From Rebecca billardiae RCC1528 (Eukaryota; Protista; Haptophyta), in assembly GCA_965240325.2 (NCBI GenBank), contig OZ251239.1, forward strand, positions 868,001 to 932,000: a DNA stretch of 64,000 bases, given 5' to 3'. The notes beneath the pieces are model-generated. The model had not been told where the DNA came from, did not search any database, and saw nothing but the letters and a program-made list of their open reading frames with translations. This document shows, piece by piece, positions 24,847 through 35,168 of the stretch (positions are counted from its first letter, which is position 1; each line of letters opens with the position of its first letter). The translations under genes were made by a program, and so were the position numbers.

Positions 24847-25154
24847 GCCCCGCGTGGTGGCAGCGGGCTCGCCGGCCGCGCAGCCTCGCCGCGGCGTCGT
24901 GAGGCATTCCGCCGACGAAGCCTTCGATCGTCTGATGGAGTCTGCCGAGTCTGGGCCTCTATCTGCCTCTGGCCCGTGGTCGGCCCCGGCCGCCCCGGTA
25001 CCACACTACGACCACGACCGACTACGCGGACGAAGCAGGTCGTGTATATATATCGTCAGACTGCTGGCGCCCGCCTGCCATGCGCTGCGGAATTTGCTCG
25101 CTACTCATCATAAACTATACATATATATATATATATACCTCTCAAGCTCTACGT

Positions 25155-27851
25155 CTACGGCCGCTGCAGCCGCTGCAGCCGCTGCAGCTGCCGCTGCCGC
25201 CGCTGCCGCTGAGACTGCTGCTGCTGCTGCTGCTGCACCTCGTCGGCCGCCTGCTTGTGGATGTCGGCGAGGAGGTGCTCGTGCCGCCGATGGCGCATGG
25301 CAACCCGCTGCGCGTTCCCACCGCCCGAGCCCTCCTCCGCGTCCGCCGCGTCGGTCTCGTTGGTCGCCGTCCCCGGATAGAGCGCGCGCACCGTGTCAGC
25401 GACGGCCGCGAGCTCCACGCCCGTCGCGAGCGTGATGCGGTCGCTCGCCATGGACACGTCGAAGAGCGAGCTCTTCGCGGCGCGCGAGCGGCCACCCATG
25501 CCGACGACCATGCCGCGGCAGCGCGCGGGGCCCAGCACCTGGCGCGCGAGCATGCGCGCGACGCTCGCGGGCGTCCAGCGCGCGGGCAGCGCCGAGCCGA
25601 CGTTGTACACGCCGCCCTGCGGCGCGGTCCAGCCGCGCTGCAGCAGCGTCTCCACGATGCGCAGCACGTCGGCGACGGCGGTGAACGAGCGGGCCTCGTT
25701 GCGCGCCGCCTCGAACGGCCGCCCCGCGCGCACCGCGCGCTCGACGTGCTGCAGGTACGAGTGCGTGGGCACGTACAGCCCGCGTGCGCGCCTGCCGAGC
25801 AGCTGCGAGAGCCTGAGCACGAGCGCGCGCGCGCCAAAGGTCGCGTCGAGCTCAGCCTCGAGGGCGAGCTTGGTGCGCCCGAGCGCGCAGCGCGGGCGCG
25901 GCGTGTCGAGCTCGGTGTACAGCGCGCGGCGCGCCAGCGGCGCGCGCGCCGACGCCGCGCCGCCGGGGGGCGGCGGCGTGTGGCGCAGCTGCAGCCGGCG
26001 GCGGCGCGCGGCGCGGCCCGCGCGGCGGCGCGCGCCGCCGGCCGCGAGCGCGCCGCCGCCGAGCGCGCCCGCGCCGCCGGCCTCATGCCCGGCGTACACG
26101 AGGTCTGTGCTCAGGCCGATGAAGGCGGCGCCGACGGCGTGCGACGCGTTGAGCAGCGCGATGGGCACGTTCAGCGCGAGGCACCGCGCCTCGTCGATCT
26201 CGCACTCGAACGCCTCCGACACGCCGTCCGCGTTGATCACGAGGTCGGGCACGCGCGAGTCGGGCCCGAGCACCTGCGCGACCGAGCGCGCGTCCGAGAC
26301 GTCGACGGCGGTCATCGAGTCGCACGCGGCGCCGAGCTCGTAGATGAAGCGCTCGGGCTCGAGCGTGTCGGGCTCGAACGCGCAGTGCAGCGAGAGCAGC
26401 CGGCCGAACCGCGTGGAGATCGAGTCGGCGAGCAGCCGGCCGAGGTAGCTGGACGCGCCGGTGAGCAGCACGCGCCGGAACGGGAGGCGGGCGAGGTCGT
26501 GCGCGGCGCGCATCGCGGCCGCGTTCTCGACGAGCGGCCAGGCCTTCCAGTCGCGGGAGTACCAGAGCGGGCCGCGGTTGCGCTCGAGCGGCTTGCGCGG
26601 CGGCTTCGACACCCAGTCCACCGTCGCCTCGCCCGGCCGCGAGATGTTGTGGCACTCCCACGACTCTGGCTGCTCGGCGCTCGCGAGCGTCGCGCGCAGC
26701 GAGGGAGGCACGCCGTCCGACGCAAAGTGGCGCAGCCGGAGCGCGTGCACAAAGTCGTGGTAGGCGACCTGCACGCCCGGGTCGAGGACGATCTGGCCGA
26801 GGCCGACGCGCCACATGTCCTTGCACACCAGCCCCTCCGGCAGCGTCGCGCACTCCTCCACCCCCAGCGAGCCCGAGTCGAGCCCCACCTCCCAGCGGAA
26901 GCGCACGCCCGCGTCAAACGGCCGCGCCGTGAACACGGCGACGCCGTTCCAGCACGAGTACACGGGCTCGGGCGCGTCGTGCAGCGCGGGGCACGGCGCG
27001 GGCGCGGGCGGGCACTCCGCGTCCAGCTCGTTCGACCAGAACAGCGGCGCCAGCCGCTCGGGCAGCCTGTACGTGCCGTTCATGTCCTGCGTCGCCCACG
27101 TGTCGTAGAAGACGGTGCGCAGCTCCTTGTGCTTCTGCAGGCTGCCGAGCTTTGTGGGCGTGGAGACGACGACGGGCCAGAAGTCGGTGGCGCACGCGAG
27201 CTGCGCGCCGCTCAGCGCCGAGTGCGACAGCAGCCGCAGCACGTCCGGCGCGCAGTACACCACGTCGTTCACGAAGACGACGTGCGTGAACGCGCCGGGC
27301 GACGCGTACAGCGGCTCGAGGATCTCGTTGCGTAGCGTGGCGATGTACTGGAGGCGGAAGACGCGCTTGTCGTTGGAGCGGAAGGGGAGGAAGACGGTGG
27401 GCGGGTCGTCCCGCGTGCGAATCGTGCTGCCCACGCCGCGCGCGCGCAGCTGCTCGCGCCACGCCTCGAGGATCGACGCGGTCTGGTCGTCCGAGCCCGA
27501 CTCCAGGATCGACACGTGCGCGCTCGAGGCGCCGCCGACGAGCTCGAGCGCCTGCTCGAGCGTGGCGATCCACTTGTGCACGATCTTCGCGCTGTTATGC
27601 AGCATCGCCGCGAAGAGCACGCGCGGCGGCACCGCCTGGCCGAGCACCACGCGCCGCAGCGCCTCGATCTTCTCTGGCGGGTACTTGGCCGCGCACCGCT
27701 CGGCGTGCGTGCCGTTGGGCACGTGCACGTCGATGCCGTCCAGGTTCAGCCGCGGGTCGGCGAGCGTGACGGACGCGAGCGCGCACGCGCCCACGAGCCA
27801 CGCGCCGAGCCGCCGGAGCCGGCGCGGAGCGCGCGCGTCGTGCGACCCCAT
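25155..27851 (-). CDS. CAP59/GT69-like mannosyltransferase fused to an RmlD-like (extended SDR) domain
   Basis: Signal anchor followed by VSILESGSDDQT, RLQYIATLRNEILEPL, VVFVNDV, ACATDF, FYDTWATQD and VYSCWNGVAV. The second domain has VLLTGASSYLGR, NADG, STDLVYAG and LGRTKL. Confidence 0.8.
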   Translation of the reverse strand: MGSHDARAPRRLRRLGAWLVGACALASVTLADPRLNLDGIDVHVPNGTHAERCAAKYPPEKIEALRRVVLGQAVPPRVLFAAMLHNSAKIVHKWIATLEQALELVGGASSAHVSILESGSDDQTASILEAWREQLRARGVGSTIRTRDDPPTVFLPFRSNDKRVFRLQYIATLRNEILEPLYASPGAFTHVVFVNDVVYCAPDVLRLLSHSALSGAQLACATDFWPVVVSTPTKLGSLQKHKELRTVFYDTWATQDMNGTYRLPERLAPLFWSNELDAECPPAPAPCPALHDAPEPVYSCWNGVAVFTARPFDAGVRFRWEVGLDSGSLGVEECATLPEGLVCKDMWRVGLGQIVLDPGVQVAYHDFVHALRLRHFASDGVPPSLRATLASAEQPESWECHNISRPGEATVDWVSKPPRKPLERNRGPLWYSRDWKAWPLVENAAAMRAAHDLARLPFRRVLLTGASSYLGRLLADSISTRFGRLLSLHCAFEPDTLEPERFIYELGAACDSMTAVDVSDARSVAQVLGPDSRVPDLVINADGVSEAFECEIDEARCLALNVPIALLNASHAVGAAFIGLSTDLVYAGHEAGGAGALGGGALAAGGARRRAGRAARRRRLQLRHTPPPPGGAASARAPLARRALYTELDTPRPRCALGRTKLALEAELDATFGARALVLRLSQLLGRRARGLYVPTHSYLQHVERAVRAGRPFEAARNEARSFTAVADVLRIVETLLQRGWTAPQGGVYNVGSALPARWTPASVARMLARQVLGPARCRGMVVGMGGRSRAAKSSLFDVSMASDRITLATGVELAAVADTVRALYPGTATNETDAADAEEGSGGGNAQRVAMRHRRHEHLLADIHKQAADEVQQQQQQQSQRQRRQRQLQRLQRLQRP

Positions 27852-27941
27852 GTGATGCCCGACCCTCGAGGGAGCGCTTGGACCCAACTCGCGCTTGCGC
27901 GGCCGAAAACCACTGCGCCAGTGTCGGCCTTCACATTCAGC

Positions 27942-28409
27942 ATGGGAAAGCCGGCCATCGTGGCGCCGCCGGCAACGGCGGACGACGTCTTCGGCGTGCC
28001 CGCAGAACGCTGGTTCGACGTGCTCAGCGCGCTGTCGCTCCCTGCCTGGATCCTCCTCGCGGTCGCGCCCAAGTGGCGCGCGACGCAGGAGCTCAGCCTT
28101 CTGCCCGTGTACACGTACGGCCTCGCCTACACCCTGCTGCTCGGCACGTACGTGGCAAACTCGGAGGTCAGCCTGGACGCGTTCGGGTCGCTCGGCGGGA
28201 TCGCCGCCGTCTTCGAGAACAAAATCGCGCTCCTCGCCGGCTGGGTCCACTACCTCGCGTTCGACCTCCTCGCCGGCCGCGCGATCACTCGCGATGCGAT
28301 CCAGCACCAGGTGCCACACCTGCTGCTGCTGCCTTGCCTGTTCCTCACGCTGATGGCGGGACCGTTCGGCTGGCTGCTGTACCAGGTCGTACGTCGCGTC
28401 TACGGCTGA
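27942..28409 (+). CDS. ABA4-like (DUF4281 / neoxanthin-synthesis) membrane protein
   Basis: LPAWILLAVAPKW, LAGWVHYLAFDLLAGR and PCLFLTLMAGPFGWLLY. Confidence 0.88.
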   Translation: MGKPAIVAPPATADDVFGVPAERWFDVLSALSLPAWILLAVAPKWRATQELSLLPVYTYGLAYTLLLGTYVANSEVSLDAFGSLGGIAAVFENKIALLAGWVHYLAFDLLAGRAITRDAIQHQVPHLLLLPCLFLTLMAGPFGWLLYQVVRRVYG

Positions 28410-28796
28410 AGCAGTTAGTATCATCAGCATCATGGCATCCGCCAGACAGAAGCCCAGATCACCGCCTCACACCGTGACACCGGCCGCACAGCCCGCACAC
28501 GCGGCCCTCCCAGCTCCCTGCGGCGCCGTCGCCGCGGGTTGCGGGCCCGCGCCCGCGGGCCCGTCCGACGCGGGGGCCGGGGTGCCCATCAGATCAGATC
28601 ATGATCACTGATTCCTCATCATCATCCCGGCGGCGGCCAGCAGCGACGCGCCGTCGGAGCACGGCGGCGGAGAGTCCGATCCGCGCCGGAAATGCGGCAG
28701 GCGATTCTGCCGATGCTGAGCCGTCGGCGGTTCGGGACAATCTGATGATGCTCATGAGGCTGACGAGTCGCGTGGTGGCCTGGCGCACTCGCCTCC

Positions 28797-29474
28797 TCAG
28801 CTGACGCGAGCGAGCAATCTCGCCTTGATGTCACCTGGGCAGTCGTCGAGCGGCGCGCGCCCGCCCGTGTTGCGCGCCTCGAGCGGAGCACCTGCGTCGA
28901 TCAGCACCGTGCACACGTCCTCGCGCCCCTCAGCGGCGGCGAGGTGAAGCGGGGTGCTGCCCTCGCGGTCGGCGGCCGAGAGCACCGACGGCGGCAGCTG
29001 CTCGCACATGACGCGCACGGCTTCGAGCTGGCCCGTCGCGCACGCGCGGTGCAGCGCCGTCCCGCCGCTACGGTCGCCGAGCGTGGCGTCCGCTCGCGCG
29101 CCGAGCAGCACCTCGACGACGCGAGCGCGCCCCTTGGACGCAGCGTAGTGCAGGGCCGTCGCGCGGCTCTCCGCCGTGCGGGCGTTCACATCTGCGCGCG
29201 CGTCGACGAGCCGCGCGCATACGCCCGCATGCCCGGCGCTCGCCGCCGAGTGCAACGGCGTGAATCGCGACTCGTCCGCGCTGTTCACGCGCGCGCCGGC
29301 AGCGAGCAGCGCGTCCAGGGCGGCCTCGCGGCCGGCGACGGCGGCGTGGTGCAGTGCCGTGCGCCCATCGCCATCCGCCCCGTTGAGCACGCCCTCATCT
29401 GTCCCCGCGAGCAGCGCCGCCAGCTCCTCGACGTGATCGGACGCCGCGGCACGGATCAGACGGGCATCCGCCAT
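28797..29474 (-). CDS. Ankyrin-repeat protein (gankyrin/PSMD10-like)
   Basis: About 6 ankyrin repeats (GRTALHHAA, TPLHSAASAGH, TALHYAASKG, TALHRAC, TPLHLAA). Confidence 0.85.
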   Translation of the reverse strand: MADARLIRAAASDHVEELAALLAGTDEGVLNGADGDGRTALHHAAVAGREAALDALLAAGARVNSADESRFTPLHSAASAGHAGVCARLVDARADVNARTAESRATALHYAASKGRARVVEVLLGARADATLGDRSGGTALHRACATGQLEAVRVMCEQLPPSVLSAADREGSTPLHLAAAEGREDVCTVLIDAGAPLEARNTGGRAPLDDCPGDIKARLLARVS

Positions 29475-29571
29475 TGTGACGGTAACTCACTAACTCAAGC
29501 CGCCGCCGCTTGCAACTTGCAAGTGTGCAGCAGGACCGGCCTGGCAAGGGCATCGGGCAGCATTCGCGGCC

Positions 29572-30885
29572 ATGACTTCGGTCCCGACGCGGCCGAAGCC
29601 GGCGCCCACCGTGCACGCACCCGAGCCGATCGAGGGCACGCCGTACGTCGTGCCCGCGCGGGCGATCGACTCGTTCAACTTCGACCGGTGGAAGACCTCG
29701 GGCTCGCACACCCGCCTGCGCACATTCGTCGTCTCACTCGCTGAGTCGGTCGCGGGCATTCCGCTGTCAGCCGCGCCGACCGAGGTGCCGCCTGTGGTGC
29801 GCGGGCTGATCTCGCTGCTCGACGCGCTCGAGGCGCACATCGCCAACGTGCCTGCCGCCCACCAGCAGATGCGCTACGGCAACACGGTGCGCCCGCGCGC
29901 GCGACGGCCCGCGCGCTCACGCGCGCCGCGGAGCTGAGCGCCGCCGCGCCCGCTGCTCGCGCGCGCGCGCCGGCGGCGTGCTCCGCAGGCCTTCCGCGAG
30001 TGGCACGCGTGGCTGGACCAATACCTGCAGTCGGGCGCGCTCGTCAGCCACGGCGTGCTCCCGCCCGAGCTCGCGCCCGCCGCGGGCGAGCTCAACCCGT
30101 ACCTTCTCGACTCGTTTGGCAACGCGTGGCGCATAGACTATGGCACGGGGCACGAGCTGGCGTTCGTGTGCCTGCTGTACTGCCTCGCGCAGCTGGGGCT
30201 GCTGCACGTGCCACCGCCGCTGCTCCCTTCCGCCGCGCCGCCCGCCGCCTCGCCCCTCGACTCCTCTCGCGCGCTCCCGCCCGCGGCCGATGGCTCGGAC
30301 GACCGCGCGGCCATCGTGCTCCGCGCCTTCACGCGCTACGTCAAGGTGATGCGCGCGCTGCAGAAGACGTACATGCTCGAGCCGGCGGGGTCGCACGGCG
30401 TGTGGGGTCTGGACGACTACTGCTTCCTGCCGTTCCTCTTCGGCGCCTCGCAGTACGCCGCGCCGCCGGCGCAGGGCGCCGCCGCCGCCGCCGCCGGCCC
30501 GAGCAGTGGCAGCGGCGGCGAGGACGAGGGCGGTGCCGCCACCGACGAGGGCGGCTCGGCGGCGGCGGCGCCGACGCCCGCCACGCGCGTGCCGCGGCCC
30601 GCAGTCGTCCTCGACGAGCAGCGCCGCGCCGAGCTCGCCGCCGAGAACCTGTACCTGGAGTCGGTGCAGTTCGTGTGCTCCGTCAAGGGCCCGCGCCTCT
30701 CCGAGCACTCGCCCATGCTCACCGACATCGCGGGCGTGGGCGGCTGGCCGCTGATCGCGTCTGGCCTGCTGCGCATGTATGACGCGGAGGTGCTGGGCAA
30801 GCGGCCGGTCGTGCAGCACCTCGTCTTCGGCACGCTTCTGCCATGGGAGCCCGGGCCGACGCCGGGCGCGCCCTCGCCATCGTGA
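29572..30885 (+). CDS. PTPA: Phosphotyrosyl phosphatase activator (PP2A activator); intron 29887-29988
   Basis: RYGNT|AFREW, DSFGNAWRIDYGTGHEL, YMLEPAGSHGVWGLDDYCFLPF and EVLGKRPVVQH. Confidence 0.93.
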
Positions 30886-31010
30886 GCCCGCCCGTGCTGC
30901 CAGGTCCTCCGCCGTACTGTAGTACTCTGTAGGACGCGGGCCCTGCGTCCGCGCGCGCCGCGTTTCGTCATTTGTCGTTGCGATGAATAGTATATATATA
31001 TATACATATA

Positions 31011-31313
31011 TTAACGACGTGGTATGCAACGGGCAGGCGTCAGAGTCAGCAAGCTGTAGCAGCAGATCGAGCAGCAGAGACAAACACCAGGATCAGCGCT
31101 CCTCGCCGTCGTCCCCCCCCTCATAGTCGCCCATCACTCCATCGCCGAGCGGAAGCTCGACGCACCGTCTGGCGTCGACGCGCACGCGCCACCGCGGTGG
31201 TCGCGGTGCCACGCGTCGTCAGCCGTCGTCTCGAAGTAGTCGTCGTATGCAGCGCCCCCGCGGGCGCGTGCCCCCGGGCGCACGTGCGCCATGCGCGCGC
31301 GGGCGATGAGCAC
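31011..31313 (-). mobile_element. Longer 5'-truncated R1 non-LTR tail between (TA)n runs
   Basis: Contains an ORF end (..TPDGASSFRSAME*) plus a 3' UTR matching 21527-21707. Confidence 0.7.
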
Positions 31314-31332
31314 ATATATATATATATGCGGG

Positions 31333-31417
31333 TACAGTTTATTACTAAGAATAAGAGACGCACACAGCTCAAGCAGGCGAGATTGACGCCCGCCAACTGT
31401 CACCGCCCATGAAGCCG
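31333..31417 (-). mobile_element. Short R2 tail
   Basis: Reverse complement of CGGCTTCATGGGCGGTGACAGTTGG...CTTAGT(AAT)AAACTGTA. Confidence 0.75.
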
Positions 31418-32546
31418 TATGTACCGATCAGTAGTATATAGTATTATAATTAAATAATTGCGGTATACTACAGTACTACTATAAAGTACTAGTGAATACA
31501 TGTGGACGCGAGTCTCGCAGTGGCCAGTGCGCGAAGCGGTCGGCAAGGGTCGGGCGCGCGCCCGGGGCGATGTTCAAGGACGATAGGCTTCGCGCGCCAG
31601 GCCGCCTCGCGCCGCCGCTCGGGAGCCCGATCACGTTTCACGCGCCTGTTGAAGTGTACGCTCGCCGCCAGCCGCAGGAGTGACAGGCTCCTCGGCCATC
31701 GGCAGTAACGGGCTTGACGACTGCTGTACTGAAAGCGGCTATGAGCGCATCAGACCGAGCAATGCGACGCATTCGGGTCTCGCGAGCTTTCATACGCTGG
31801 CCGGTGTCCGCACGGTGTCCGCACGTTCTTGTCTACGCATGCCTGTTGCGTTGCGCTGCCTTCCTGCTATCGTCTCGAGCTGAGCATGATTGTCCGTTTT
31901 GGTGTTGCGCAATCAATCGATGGCCTTATATAAATTGCGTGAGTGCCGATCCATGCAGGCGCCAGCTTGGCGGCGCGAGGCGAACTGCCGCGCGACCATC
32001 ATGCGTGGACCTTACCCGGGCGAGCGCTCGACCCGCGCTGACCGCTCCGTGTACCTCTCGCGCCACTGGCGGCTGGCACGTGGCGAGCGACGTGGCTGGC
32101 TCTTGGCACGGCACGCGGGCGCGTGCTAGTGTGAAGCACGGCGAGGCACCGGCAAGCCCGGCAATCGGCGTGAGCGCGTACTACACGCTGCTCAGCAGGC
32201 GATACATCGCGCGCGCCGCCCCTCCAGCCGGCTCATGCGTGTCGTGGCAGCCCGCGCGCCCTTTGGCGCAGCGGTCCAGGAGACTCCGGGAGTTGTACCT
32301 GGTATCCGAGGATGGAGGACTGATTGGAGATTCCGAGCGCGACTGCCCATTATTTATAATAGTGAGGTCGCAACGAATCAGGCAATCAGCCGCACGCGTG
32401 ATTGCTGTACATGTGCGTCTCTTCATTCAGTTTATTCGCCGAACTTTCTCGTCGCAAGAGCGCGCCTCTGCCTAAAAACCCACGCACTCACTTTCCGAGG
32501 GATTCTGCGCTTTTGTGAGAGACTCGGGGCTTGCTCACCATCGGCG

Positions 32547-34346
32547 ATGTCGTCGCGGCAGCTGCTAGCGTTGGCCCTGGCGGCGGCTGCGGCCACCAGC
32601 GCGCACGCCAATGTCATCATCACCGAGTCCTCGGATGCCCCCGAACTGGTAGGCACCTCCGCGCCGTTCTGCCGGCACTTCTTTCCAAACTCCGACCGCT
32701 CTGAGTACAGCCTGCAGGCTGAGATCGTGGCGCTCGAGTCCCATGACGTGGACTGGACCTCGTGCGAGATGCGGTACACGGGGGATGCCGACCTGAAGGG
32801 CAAGATCGTCGTGTGGGTCCAGGCGCCCAGCCACGTCTGCACCACGGTTGCTATTTTCAGGTTCGGCCACGAGTCTGGCTTTGCCGCCCAGCTCATGTAC
32901 TACCCCAGCACGCTGAGGCCAGGTCTGAATCACATCAAGGCCGGCTTCTGGCGCAACGTGTGGCGCGGGCGCAAGCCCACCGTTGACGATCCACCGCTTG
33001 GACGCACCGGCGAGTTCACCGCGCCCCCGTCCATCCCCATCATGAACGCGCTCCGCGCAGGCAAGCGGATGAAGGCGCGCATGGTCGTCGAGGAGGTGCT
33101 GTGGGAGCGCTTCGAGCGCGGCGCGTTCTTCGCGATCTGGCGAGGACTGGTCGTTCTGGTCGCCAGCTTCGCCATCGAGCTGTCCGCGACGCGGCTGTAC
33201 GCCTTCGTCAAGCAGGACGGCGCGTTGCGCTTCAGTGTGCCGAACATTGTGATGAGCGGGTGCCTCGTGGCCAACGTCAACCGCTGCGTGTACATAGGCA
33301 TGGGCCCGTTCCTGAGCACGCCCAACCTCTCGGTGCCGGCGAGTAACATCCTGCTCGTGCTGTCTTCGTCGACGGAGTACTGCACGTCGGCGGTGTTCGT
33401 CGCGTACGTGTCCCTCAGCCTGAAGAAGGACGGGATGGCGCAGCCCGGCCTGTCACGCACAACCGTTAGAGCGCTCCTCGCGCTCGTCTGCGTCGCCTTC
33501 CTCTTCGACATGTTGGCCGCCACGCTGTACATGTTCCGAAGCGGGATCTACGAGGTGCTCGGCGCGCGCGCGGCACGCGGCGCGCGCGCGGGCGGGGTGT
33601 GGACCGCGTGTGCGCTACCCATCACGCACTCCTCCTCGTGCCCGTGTGCCTGCTGCCGCTGCGCCCGCGCGCGCTGGCCGCTGCTTCAGGCGATGGTCGT
33701 CAACTCGTGCATCCTCCCCCTCTGCACGGCTTTGGCCTGCATCTGGGCAGACATGAAGCTGCGCAGAATGCGGTGGCACATCAACCATACCGCGTTCCTC
33801 AAGCGTATCAGCTTCAAGCTGCGCGCGACCAGCTGCCTCTCGCTCGCCTTCATCCCGGTGCCGCCGCTGATCCTCATCCTGATGCACAACCCGTTCACAA
33901 TGGTCTGCATCTTCACGTACGCCATGTGCGTGCTCACCGCCACGTCGGTGGTGCAGGTCACCAACTTCTGGCCGACGTCGACCCGGGTGCCGAGGGGCCC
34001 TATCCTCTACACCGTGGAGACGCTCGCAGGTCGCCGCCTGTTACACTCTCTCCTCGGCGCCAACTCATTAGAGGCTTACTGCAACACGCCCGTGGCGATC
34101 GGCGCAGCCCCGGACGAGGAGGCCAGCACCAATGACGTGCTCGCAAGTCGCCGCCTGTTGCACTCTACTCTACCTGGGCCCACCAACTCCTTGGAGACGA
34201 TCGGCGCAGCCCCTGTCGAGGAGGCCAGCACCAAGCATAACGACATGCAGAATGCTGCGGCTGCGGCGCCGCCGACTGCCGCCGAACTACGCCACGACGA
34301 CTACAGGCAATCGCGGGCAATAAGAAGTCAGAGATCTCACGGCTAG
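32547..34346 (+). CDS. Signal peptide + PA-like ectodomain + ~7 TM receptor-like protein; probable in-frame intron 33555-33689
   Basis: MSSRQLLALALAAAAATSAHA, DLKGKIVV and successive hydrophobic helices. The C-terminal segment RRLLHS..NSLE..IGAAP.EEAST is duplicated. Confidence 0.7.
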   Translation: MSSRQLLALALAAAAATSAHANVIITESSDAPELVGTSAPFCRHFFPNSDRSEYSLQAEIVALESHDVDWTSCEMRYTGDADLKGKIVVWVQAPSHVCTTVAIFRFGHESGFAAQLMYYPSTLRPGLNHIKAGFWRNVWRGRKPTVDDPPLGRTGEFTAPPSIPIMNALRAGKRMKARMVVEEVLWERFERGAFFAIWRGLVVLVASFAIELSATRLYAFVKQDGALRFSVPNIVMSGCLVANVNRCVYIGMGPFLSTPNLSVPASNILLVLSSSTEYCTSAVFVAYVSLSLKKDGMAQPGLSRTTVRALLALVCVAFLFDMLAATLYMFRSGIYEVLGARAARGARAGGVWTACALPITHSSSCPCACCRCARARWPLLQAMVVNSCILPLCTALACIWADMKLRRMRWHINHTAFLKRISFKLRATSCLSLAFIPVPPLILILMHNPFTMVCIFTYAMCVLTATSVVQVTNFWPTSTRVPRGPILYTVETLAGRRLLHSLLGANSLEAYCNTPVAIGAAPDEEASTNDVLASRRLLHSTLPGPTNSLETIGAAPVEEASTKHNDMQNAAAAAPPTAAELRHDDYRQSRAIRSQRSHG

Positions 34347-34820
34347 CCTCGGTTTCTTAGCCGTTCGGTAGGCCGAGCGCCTACGGAGGCTCAGTTTCTT
34401 AGCTAGGTCCGCCCGCCGCGCAGGCGCGGGGGGGCAGCCTGGGCGGGGCGGGGGCAGACTCCCCCCGCTGAGTCTTTAGGCCCGGCCGGCGAGGCCGACG
34501 AACGAAAATTTTGGGCCTTTTTGGAGCAAATCTGATGGCATGATGTGAGCAAATCTGGCATGATGTTGCATGGATGCTGCGGTGCACTGGCCAGGAGTCA
34601 GTCATCAGGAGAAGTCGGGACTTGGCCTGTACTCGTAATCGGGCTGCGCGCCTCGTCCCCGACGGGCCGACTGCGCCTCGCCCTCGGCGGACCACTCGTC
34701 AGCCGGGACGACGTAGTCCCGGTTTCTTAGTGTGACTATGATGCGTATAGCGAACCAGCCAATCGCTAGTCTCAGTTTCTAGGCCAGATCCGCAGATAGC
34801 AAGCCCCAGTTTCTTAACGT
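34345..34820. repeat. Non-coding block with 5 copies of a CYCRGTTTCTTAG-like motif (probable TE remnant)
   Basis: Motif at ~34348, 34390, 34718, 34771 and 34805; AAATCTG..GCATGATGT occurs twice. Confidence 0.5.
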
Positions 34821-35168
34821 GACAGCTCCTTATTGCCCGCGATTGCCTGTATCATCATATCATCGTCATCAGTACCGCGACCAGCAGGAGCAGGACCCGG
34901 TGGCAGCGGAGTAGGACACGCAAACGGCGGAGCCGCGACGACCAGCTCCGCCGCCAGTAGCAGCAGCAGCAGCAGTGATGGCGGCGGCGACATTTGTCGA
35001 GATCACTCGCCTATATATTTAACGACGACGTGGTAGCTATAAACGGGCAGCGCCTATATATATTAACGACGTATGATGAGTATATATATATATGAGTATA
35101 TATATACTCATGTTGCACTCTGAGCCTGACGCTTGTCCGATGCTGCCACGTCGTTAAATATATATACT

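Noticed and set aside
27852-28433. N-terminal extension of the 1092-aa ORF
   Set aside because: It is antisense to the ABA4-like gene; the Met at 27851 precedes a proper signal anchor.
12367-30885. PP2A B'' subunit and PTPA as a functional cluster
   Set aside because: They are separated by ~14 kb and several unrelated genes; proximity is probably chance.
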